Positions 30,243 to 40,800 of a stretch of 64,000 bases of DNA are shown here, in pieces. Source of the DNA: Podarcis muralis (lineage: Eukaryota); the NCBI RefSeq assembly GCF_964188315.1, contig NC_135659.1, positions 49,476,001 through 49,540,000 of the forward strand, given 5' to 3'. Each line of letters begins with the position of its first letter. Position 1 is the stretch's first letter. The notes under the pieces are model-generated. The model saw nothing but the letters and a program-made list of their open reading frames with translations, was not told the origin of the DNA and searched no databases. The position numbers were made by a program, and so were the translations under genes.

Positions 30243-31130
30243 CGCTCGGCTCCAGCGCCAATGAGGACAGCCCGCCGGCCGACGCAGAAGCTCCTCCTCC
30301 TCTTCTGCCAAGCGTCGGGGCGGGGTGGGCATCTTTTCCGGTGGACGCCGGGTTGCCGGAGTCTCATGCATTTGCGCCAGGCATGTACCGCGAAAGGTAT
30401 CGGAGAATTCGCTCTTGCCGAGACGCGTGCCGCCGGAGGTTTCATTCCAAGCAGGTCGTTTCGGGCACAGGTTACAACGTCCTGCTACCTCTAGCACAGG
30501 CATGGGGAACCTGTGGTCCAGGCCTTCTGGTCCAGCACGCGCGATCGGTGGTCTAGGTCTGCAGCAGGGGCAGCCGGCGAGGTGCCTTTCACTGCAACTC
30601 CCAGCAGCCCAAGCACCATGGCCAAGGGCAGAGGATGATGGGAGTTGTAGGCCTAAACATCTGGTAGGCACCAGCCAGGTGTCCTTGGTCCAGCAAGTTT
30701 AGGGTGACAAAGCCTAAAGACGCAAGTTTTCCATTTCTGACATACCACATGGGTCTGCATCTGCTCTTCAATTATGTGAAAACCAAATAAGGAGCTCGTT
30801 TTTTTCTTCCCAATTTCAGCTTGCTAGTACTGTGGGGCTACACCATGAAGTTGTGTGCGATGTGTATAGTGCCCATAATAGAGCAGTCACAAACATGGAA
30901 TGTTGGCTCATCAGCTGAATTGACATTTTCAGTGCTGAATTGATATGTAAGGTAACCCAAGTTTGTTTATGACATTTAACAACTCTTCCTTAGTTTAAAG
31001 CAAACTCCTACTGTGTGATTTTAAAAGTCCCTGCAAGCCACCCTGGTGAGGTATGTCCTTGAGTAGCCAGGGCTGATGGATGTAGTCCATCTGGAGGGGA
31101 CCCAATGTTGAGGAAGACTGTCCTAAAGTA

Positions 31131-31344
31131 CAGTGGTACCTCTGGTTATGAACTTAATTCGTTCCAGAGTTCTGTTCTTAAGCTGAAACCGTTCTTATCC
31201 TGAGGCGTGCTTTATTAATGGGGCCTCCCACTGGAGGCACAGGATTTCTGTTCGCATCCTGGGGCAAAGTTCGCAACCAGGAGCAGCTACTTCCGGGTTA
31301 ACAGAGCTCGTAACATGAAGCGTTTGTAACCAGAGGTACCATTG
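31131..31344. mobile_element. Tc1/mariner (Tigger-like) MITE, related subfamily
   Basis: Ends CAGTGGTACCTCTGGTTA / TAACCAGAGGTACCATTG with TA TSDs. Confidence 0.88.
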
Positions 31345-32837
31345 TATATCTGCCATTAAAAGGTAATTCACTGGTCTCTCACATGAAACAATCACACCCT
31401 CAGGAATGTGTGTCCTCAAAGTGGAAATCTACCCTAGAGGTTTTCCGTAGGATATTGTTACCTCAAATTAGGACACCTATCCTTTTTAGCAGTTGTCTGA
31501 CATTCAAAAGATTAGTGGTTGAAGTTTCTCCCAGTTTGTGTCAAGATGTCTGCAGGTCAGGCAGACACTAGGTTGTTAAACTGGCTTCTGATCAGCTTCC
31601 CTCCCCTCACACACTCCTGTCATTCCAGAGGTCCGTGTGGCGTTGCCAAGGACTCTTCAGAGGTGCTCTTACTTCAGATACGGCTGAAACCTGACCAGAT
31701 CGTAAGAAAAGGCCTGACACTGATGAGACTGTAGCTCTGATGTTAAGAAAGGAAAATGGGGCCCCATGGTACAAAACGACAAAATAAGCCTTAGTAGCTT
31801 GGCTGAACATGTTGCAAACTTGGTACCATGGTCACCAGAATTGTTTGAAATAAAAGCAGCTAGTGTAGGAACTCAACTGATTTGATTCTGCATCCATCTT
31901 CCACAGTGGGGAGTTCTTTCCTTCCTAGGATTCATTCAATGTAAGCTTGATGTTGGTATAGGAATGTCTCCAGCTTTACAGGCAAACACAGCTGCTAGAC
32001 AGCTGCAAATACAGCTGGGATAGACACCACATAGGCACCATGTGTAGCATGGGAAAGATTACATACAAGCTTCCAGGTTACATGTGTGACAATGTAGACA
32101 GAATGCCATTTTAAAATATATCTCACTAAGAAAGGTTCCACACATATTATTATTATGTAAACATATCTACATGATCTCTTCTAATCTGTAATCTCTTCTA
32201 AATTTTGGATTCTACCTCCCACGCTTACTATAAAATAGGAAGATGCATATTATTGAAAGAAAGCAATGGGCATTGTGGAAAGAGGAGGTAGCCAGCAGCA
32301 CACACAGGACTATATTGTTTAGGACCCTAAAACCTCATACTGCCCCCCCCCCCCCAACAACCTGCCTAACCACCTACATCCTTTCCAATATTTATTTCAC
32401 CTATACATATATGTATTCTGACCTCTTTGGTTTCTCCCTCACAGTTACTATTAAGGATATTAGTTGCTGTTTTCTGAAGATCTATATGCAATTAAAAGTT
32501 TTCAATGTCATGAAAAAATGGATCCTTTGCATTACTAAATTGCCTAATTTTTTATGTTTAACTTCAGAGCATGCTAAGATGTCTTGGCTGTCATAACAAG
32601 CAAACATTTTCACATTTGACAGGAAATATCTTTAATATCAGAAGTCTACAGAAACACTTTGTTAAGCAGCCACAAATCTTCTACATAACAGATGTATCCT
32701 GATGGCAACTCGTAAATTCTCCCAGAATTACCACAATTCACTTTCATATCACACGTGCAGAGCTGCATGTTTACTCAAACTGAACACTCAGGTTTTCATC
32801 AGCTATGCATGAGGACGACACAGGCTTATATTAACAT

Positions 32838-35800
32838 TTATTTCAATTTGCTGAAGAGTTTATGAGCCACCTGAAAAAACCAAAAGATGAACAAATTGAA
32901 TTAACAGGAGCTTCTTTAGCAACACACACATTAGTCCTAATAGCCTTCTTTAGGCATTATACCCAAGAGAAATATGTGATGGGGGAAGCTGGAATGAGTG
33001 TACTAGCTCTGTCCCTTAACTTTTCCCATCTCCCACCGATTTGGGGAGGGTGAACTTTTGAAACAGGGAGCCTCCTGTGCTTGTCGAGTCTCCACACACA
33101 TTTCAGAACCATGGAAAACCAGTGTTCTAAAATGCACACAGTGCAGAAGGCTCCACACTTCAGGAATTTATCTTTCAACTCCCACAGGCAATCAAATGGA
33201 ATGGAGGGCAAAGCTAGCACATGTTTTATTCACACCTGAGGAGGGCTACTGTTTTGCTCCCTCTGGGAACCAACTGCATTCTTGCACAATATATTCTTGC
33301 CTACTTACAATCAAGAAAGCTGGTTACAGAAAAATGTACTCTAGAAGCAACAAGCCAATATTTTACAAACCTCTGCATCGTTATTACGCAACACTCCTTT
33401 GTAATGTTTTATTTTGAATTTTTTAAGATACTATTTTAGGATATTGTATAAAAATCTTGTAAGTTTATGTTTTCTTTTTTCTAGTTTTTCTTTTGTCTTA
33501 TAATTCTTTATATTTTTTAATAAAGAATATTAAAAAAATATCATCTTAGTTTTCTCTTAGTAATGTTGCTTTGAATGTATACTTTATATTTGACCTTCTT
33601 CAGTAATGTTTTATTCTGGATTGTTTTATTTGATGTTTTAATGCGGTGTAATCCGCTTTTGAGATTTTTCCTTTAAAATATAAAGCTGTGTAGAAATGAA
33701 ATCAATAATAATACTTCTAAAAAAACTAATTTATAAAGCTGACAGTGTAATTCCACACCCACAAGATAAATGTCAAAATAGTACCTCGATTCAGTTATTC
33801 AATCTATATTGACTTTCAATAAAGTGTCTGTGGCTCAACACTGGAGAAATAAGGTATTTGGCCACAAAATACTGTTCACACTTAGAAATTACTCTGAGAC
33901 AAACTTACACAATGGTCTCTAGCGTGCAAGAAGTCAAAGAGTTCCTCTGTACACTTCTCCTCTGTATGGGACTTGGATGACACTCGAGCATTACACTCCT
34001 CTAAACGTTCCCGAGCTTTCACACATTTCTCAATCTGTTCACAATGCTCCCTTAGAGTAGTTAAAGGATCCTGGACAAAAAGGAAGATATAAAATAGGCA
34101 CAGTTAATGAGCGATTGCTAAGAGAGAGGTTCAACTTTACCACCACAAGCTAGAATATAAAAGCTTGCTATAACTTGTCCTGGATAGATGATAATGACAA
34201 GCATACAAATGATGAGATCTAAAATGCCAGGCATTAACAGTCCTGTTGTTAAAATATTCTACCTCTACACTTCCAACTTTAGTGTTACAGTCAGGTAAAT
34301 TACAATCATTTTTCTAAGGAAGAACCAAGAGCCAAAACAGGATTATAAATAAGGAGCATGTGAACCAAGCCTAACTTAAATGAGGTGCAGAACCTGTATA
34401 TGGATTCTAATCCAGATGGCTTTCATTCTTGCATTAGATTGTGGGGGAAATGTTATGGTTAAGTTACATACAAAACCAAGTTGTGGGTGTTTGAAAAATA
34501 TCCTCCTTAACTGCAGTATTTGAAAGTAGGAAAAGCCTATGTACTACACCACATCTCAATATATAAAAGGTTCAAAATAGATATGGAGAAGAAACAGCAC
34601 TTGTATCACACTTGACAAACACAATTTGGTTATTGATTTATCATTTTATGACTTATCAGTGCCTAGGTGAAAGTTATATACTGTTGGGAAAGCAAGCAAG
34701 CTACTGTTGTGGGACTCCAGAGATATTCAAAACTATTTAAGTTGTCAATATAAGTATCACTTATTAAACATTATTATCCTGAAGACAGACAGGATGTGAA
34801 TGGCACTTTCTGTATGGCAAAATGTGATGCAAATAACCTTTCTACAGCAAAGTAGCTATGTATTAAAGCTACTCATGCACTTTCAGTTCTGAACCAAAGT
34901 ACAGGCATACCTTGGAGATAGTGCAGGTTCAGTTCCAGACCACCACAATAAAAGCAAATATCACAATAAAGTGAGTCACACAAAACCATTTTCCCCCCAA
35001 GTGTATATAAAAGTTATGTTTCCACTATACTGCAGCCTATTAAGCCATGCCCCCCCCCCCCGACTGCAGGAGCAGGAGGGGGGAAACCTCAGTTCCAGCC
35101 CTAGCTAGCTCCACTCCTGTGGCCTGAAGGTCATCAGGGGGCTTCCTTCCCCCGGAAGTGGTCAGGCTGCCTGCAGCTGCACAGAACATTATCTGTGAGA
35201 CGCAATAAAGCAAATCTCAATAAAACAAGGCATGCCTGTACTTCCCTACCCCCAGCCTTTTGTACCTTTCCCTGGTTTTCTAAATACAAATAGGACATTT
35301 TATAGACTAGGGTTTAAGAAGTCTGCTGCTCTCAAAGGATTAATCTTTCCCCATTGTCATTATAATAAAGTTTACCTACCACAAGCTCTTCTTCCTCCTC
35401 CTCCTCCTGGACAGAGATGCAAGAAAATAAGAATAGACTCATAAATGTCATGATATTTCTATAATAAGAGTATACTTAACCATATCAAAACCAATTCCAC
35501 TTATTTGCATTTCCGCTATGTAGTACTGTACAACTTCTCTTTCATAACACATATATATGTCTGTTATAACAAAAATGTCTGTTATTCCTAGATATTTATT
35601 TAAAAGGGTCCCTTCAAACTGATATTCAAAACCAATGTATATGTACATTTTAACAGGCTGGACTTTAAACCTTTCACTAGGCATCTTTCTAACCTGTTAG
35701 GGACTTGGTGGCAAGAGGTATAGTGACCACAGTATTGCTGTGGAAATAGGCCCCCAATGCTGAGGGGAAATTATGGCTTAACTAGAACCAGATCAAAACT

Positions 35801-37250
35801 CATGGGAAATGCTCCAGCTCTTCAGGCACTGGAGATATCCTGACAAGGAGCAGAATGGAAATAAGGCTAAGCCACAGAGGGTCTTATTTAAGAAAGCCTC
35901 TTAGATATGGGTAGAACAAACTGAGAAACGGATGTGGTAAAGACTGATGGGAGAGTCAGAGGCAGCAGTATACTGAACATACTGTGAAGCAACATAATAT
36001 GGGACAGGATAAATAAAGGACAGTCAGCCACAACAAGCATACAAATACAGATATAGTGGAATTCTAGATATAAACTGCAGCAATGCTGAAAAGAACAGCA
36101 GCTGTATAATACTTAATACAGTGGTGCCCCGCAAGACGAAATTAATTCGTTCCGCAAGTTTTGTCGTCTAGCGAATTTTTCGTCTTACGAATTATTATTT
36201 AGACAAAGGAAACAAAGTCGTGAGACGTTTTCGTCTTGCGAAGCAAGCCCATAGGGAAATTCGTCTTGCGAGGCAACTTGAAAACGGAAAAACCTTTCGT
36301 CTAGCGAGTTTTTTGTCTTGCGAGGCATTCGTCTTGCGAGGTACCACTGTATCTGCAACCAGAATATTACATCAGGCACTGGGCAGAACACATATATTAA
36401 ACAGCAAACCTCTGGCAGAGACCACTTATTAAAAAGAAGGAGTAGAAACCGCTGATCTCTTACTTGAAGAGCAGAACACGTGTGTGTGCACATATACACA
36501 CGGAAGTCAGGACCTTAATGAAAACCTGTTAAGTTTTAATTTTCACTGTACTCCATTTCTGGGCTTCCTTTGGCAACGGAGAACAGATATTTGGCTCTAT
36601 CTGTTATGATGGTGACCAATAAATAGAAATAAATGAGAACAAGCAAGATGCGAGGAGGAAAAATGACTCGGAGAAGGGAAGGATCAAGGGGGGGGGGGAG
36701 GAATAATGAAAAGAGGGCCTCTAGCACGAGAGAGAGAGATTAACCTGCGAGTATCAAGGAAGAAAGCAGGGGAGTGTCGACAGGAGACACAACGAAGACT
36801 GATATTCTGCCTCCAGCCATGGGTCAGCTCTGGAAAACCCAGAAGCCCGTGGCGAGGGAGGCATCTCGCCCACGGCTGTTTGTACCCCACCCGCTACGGC
36901 ACTCGGACCGTGTAAAGAAGAAGGCCCATTGACAGGGCAGGCCCATAAGCGTCTACTCGGAAGCAAGTCCCATTGCGTTCAGCGGCGCTTGCTCCCGGGT
37001 AAGTGCGTTCTGGGCCTAAGCTCTGAGCAGGTCTCCAACCGTCGCTCTGTGAGGAGAAGAAACGAAAAAGAAACGAAACCCGGAGGGAAGAGAGGGAGGC
37101 CCAGCGGTGGGGAGGCTGGAAGGAAGGGGAGGGAAAGCACACCATCCCGGAGGCCAGAGCAAAGATGCTTCGCCTCGCCGGCTCCCGGGCTGCGCTCACC
37201 TCGGGGTCCCCGCTCCGGCCCTCCAGCGCCTTCTCATCCTGCCGCCCCAT
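32838..37250 (-). CDS. UQCRH: Cytochrome b-c1 complex subunit 6 (hinge protein), 4 exons, 90 aa
   Basis: Exons: 37200-37250 ([17 protein letters not shown]), 35380-35406 (EEEEEEELV), 33909-34070 ([54 protein letters not shown]) and 32838-32870 ([10 protein letters not shown]). All are phase 0 and GT-AG. Confidence 0.97.
34902..35044 (-). mobile_element. Tigger1-like DNA transposon terminal fragment (UQCRH intron 2)
   Basis: TA|CAGGCATACCTTGGAGATAGTGCAGGTTCAGTTCCAGACCACCACAATAAAAGCAAATATCACAATAAAGTGAGTCACACAAA...TATAAAAGTTATGTTTCCACTATACTG matches my recollection of the Tigger1 right end; many differences are CpG-decay changes. Confidence 0.65.
36119..36349. mobile_element. Tc1/mariner (Tigger-like) MITE, CpG-retaining subfamily
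   Basis: Ends CAGTGGTGCCCCGCAAGACG / CGTCTTGCGAGGTACCACTG, TA TSDs and internal TTCGTCTTGCGA repeats. Confidence 0.88.
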
Positions 37251-37870
37251 CGCCGCAAATCTCCCTCAAGCCTTGCTCCGCTTCCCCAGAAGGACGCCGA
37301 AGGGTCACCCGCAACCTCGGCGGAAATCCCGCCCACTCACAGCGCGCTTTCCGACGGCGACGACCTTCTTCAGATGGCTCCCTTTCTCGACGTACGCGGG
37401 CGGGGTGGCGGCGTCCTCCTCCGGCGTACACATTGCTTTTCGTGACTCTACCAAGATGGCCGCCGCCAGTTCCGCTAAAATGGCGCCGAGGGGAGGAGGG
37501 AGGAGGAGGGGCGGGGAAACAGGCGACCCGTTCAGTATGGCAGCATCATACGTCCGCATAACAATGAGTGACCTTCCCAAGATGGCGTAGCCCATCCCTG
37601 TTCTCGCTGAGTAGACCAGGAGCCTGAACAGTATGGAGGCCAAGTCTGCGGAAGAGATCTCTGATCGGAGCCCCCTCAGCCTGTTCGAGCTCAGCGCGGC
37701 GGCAGTCAGCGCCGCCATGGGACGCGTGGAGAGAGAGGTTTGGGGTAAGGAGAGGAAAGGGAGCCAGCTGGGACCGGCTCTGCTCTCTCCCGAATTTACG
37801 GGGAGTTACTGTATTGGCGCTCTTAAATGTGAGGGTCTATCGTAAAGGACGCCAGGAATCGGGGCACTCT
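36750..37870. promoter_or_regulatory. Bidirectional CpG-island promoter shared by UQCRH and LRRC41, with YY1-type motifs
   Basis: Divergent ATGs at 37250 (minus) and 37633 (plus), 382 bp apart. Motifs AAGATGGCCGCC (37453), AAAATGGCGCC (37477) and AAGATGGCG (37579). Confidence 0.85.
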
Positions 37871-40800
37871 AAATAGGCCGCGTCACCTGAAACCCCTCCT
37901 TTCTCTAACTGAAATTCAGCTTTCTCTTGATTTCTCCCCGCAAAAGCACTTCCAGGTCCGATACTTCAAGGAATCTTGCCTCTGCTTAACATCTACTACC
38001 TGGAGCGAATTGAGGAGACCGCTGTGAAAAAGGGTGAGCTACTTTGCTGGTCTGGAGGACAGGCGGGGATACAATAGTGCTAGCAAACTGTTGTCTGCTA
38101 TCCTGGTTTCTCTCTGGTGCATTTAAAAAGTTTATTTTGTTCACACTTCACCAAGTGTGCTTAATTCATTTTGTGGTTGAGACAAATCCTTGCTCTCCAT
38201 ATTCCCAAGTGTCTGTTGCCCTGGTGTCAATAAACTGGGTCAAGAGTGGTTTTTTCCCATTCTTGACAAGGGTAAAATGTGTTGCACTGCATATCCTGTG
38301 CATGTTTACTCTGAAGTCTGCTCTACTGATTTCGGGGAGGCTTGCTCCCAAGCAACATCAGAATCCTAGGTCTACTCAGAAGTAAACTTACTGAATTCAC
38401 TGGAGCATACTTTCAGGTAAGTGGGGGTTAGGATCACAGCATAAGGGCATAGGATTGCAGCTTCAGGCAATATACTTACTGAATTCAACAGCACAAATAA
38501 GCTACACTGATCAAAAGCAGATGGGTTTCAGGACATAGTTTTTAGCTATTATTTTTTATGGTATTTAAGAGCTTTATCAGAACCTTTTGAGCAGCAGACA
38601 ACATACAATACTTTAGTTTAAGAACTCAAGAAGTACAGTAATGAAGGGATTAACGTTCCTACTATCTCAGGGTTGAGCATATACAGAAGGTCCCAGATTC
38701 AGACCTGGCAACTGGACATAGGGTTAGAAAATGCTGCTCTCTGAAACCAGAGCTATTTTTCTAGCTCAGTATAGCCTATAAAATGATTGGCACCAGCTTT
38801 CTGAAACCAGAGTTTCAGAGAGTTGGTGTCAGTCATTTTATAGGCTATACTGAGCTAGAAAAATGAAAGGCCTAAATCTATATATGGCAGCTTCATATCC
38901 TATATTCCAACTAAAACCATGTCCAAATCCATGGTCACAGGTTGGCAGTGGACTAGTCATTCTCTCAACCTCACCATCTTCTCAGGCTAAAAGGTTAGTC
39001 TGAGCTTCATAGGACAAGGGCAGATATCAAGTAATATAGTTTCATGCTGCTGCCAAATTTATTTCAGCTGGATTTTGGGAATTGTTGCAACGGGAGATGT
39101 TAGGAGATTGGCCTAGATCATGAGCTCCCTTACAATTTTGTAACCTTTGCTGAAGAAATCAAGATATTCCTATTATAATTTAATAAATCCACTTTTCAAG
39201 ATACACCCTTTAAAGTATCCGGATAATGATTCTTAAGGAGTGCATAATGCACTTTAATGTGAAGCCTGTCTTGATTCTCATCTCAGTTTGACTGAGGGCT
39301 TGTTGGATTGAGTACATGTCATTTCAGCATAGGGTTCCTGTGTGCAAAATGGAATAACCTAACAGATAACTTCTATAATAAACGAAAAACCCTATGCAAT
39401 AATTTCAAGTCTCAGTGTTTACATTTGAAGCCTAGTTTTGACACTGAATTTGCAGCTTCAGCTATTCTGAAGTCTGGTGCTTTCATCAGATATGGAATGC
39501 TTGCTTTAATTATGTTACAAGTTAGGTGTGATTAGTTATAAATTTTACCTGTATGCGTATAATTAACAGTATAGATTTACATTTTAATATTCAATTTTTT
39601 AAAGTATGTGTTATGTTTCCTCAGGTCTCTCAACCCAACCTATATGGTGCAAGCTCTGGTTTGACATAATGAAAACAAGACCTTCTAGATTAGAGGTAGG
39701 TTGAGGCAAACTACAAAGCTGACATACCTGAAACGACTGGGTTTTCCACCTGCATGGCTAAATGGATTTTATATCTGCCAACTGTGATGATGTTTTGGAT
39801 CAATCTTAACTAGTTTCAATTAGACTTACTCCAAAATATGTGTAAATGGGAATGCAATCTAAACCAGGGGTGGGGAACCTTTTCAGTCCAAGGACCACAT
39901 TCTGCTGTAGACAATCTTCCAGGGGCCACATGCCGCTGGCAATATTTTCACTAGAGCAGGATAATCAGGAAGAGGAGGGTTGGCACCTGGAGCACCTGCC
40001 AGCGGCAGCTATTTTTGGTGGCCATTCCCCAAGGAAAAGGCCAGCAGGGCAGGGTGGGTTGGATGTGGTTGCTGGAAGGTATGGGGACAGGGGAGGAGTT
40101 CCCTGGAAATGTCTGCTGGCTGCATGAAATTAAGTGGGATGGGGAGGCACATCTGGGCCCAGGTCAGAAGATCCCCACCCCTACAATAGATAGTTCCAGT
40201 TTGTGGAAAGCAAACGAGAAGTTAGGATCTCAAGTTGGGTTCACACTAAGGAATTAAAGAGAAGGGTTTGATGAACACATGCAATTTGTTTACTAAGATT
40301 ATTAGGAGCCCAGGATCTCTGTTGCCTTTTAATTACTACAAAATTAATGTATGGTTTGGACTGTCAGAAGCTCACACAATTTTGTAACCTAACTGCAGTG
40401 AGAATGTGATTTACAGGCACTCCTGTAAATCTAGGTCTTATATTCCATTTTGTTTTTACTTTAAAATGCTTAATAAGATTTCCTTTGTCCTGTAAATAAT
40501 ATGAGGTTCTCACTGAAGTAGTAAACCTGTACCTAGGCTACACTACTTCAGACTAGAATGAATGCTCCTCCATACAAAAACATCCTCACCCACAGATAAT
40601 TAGATGTCAGGGAGAAGAATTTGAGCATAGCTTTTTCTCAGACTTGAGTGTTTTCCATCTTCAGGGATTTCCCCCCTATGTATACCATCACATGACCCCC
40701 CTACCTTTAGTATGCACATCAGCAGGAACTGTGATGTAAGACACTGTGGTGCAATGAATTTATCACAGTTTGGTTCAATTTGATTGCAGAGCATCAAGTG

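Noticed and set aside
36894-37718. Several 110-210 aa ORFs across the UQCRH/LRRC41 promoter
   Set aside because: GC-rich island; no recognisable domains apart from the true first exons.
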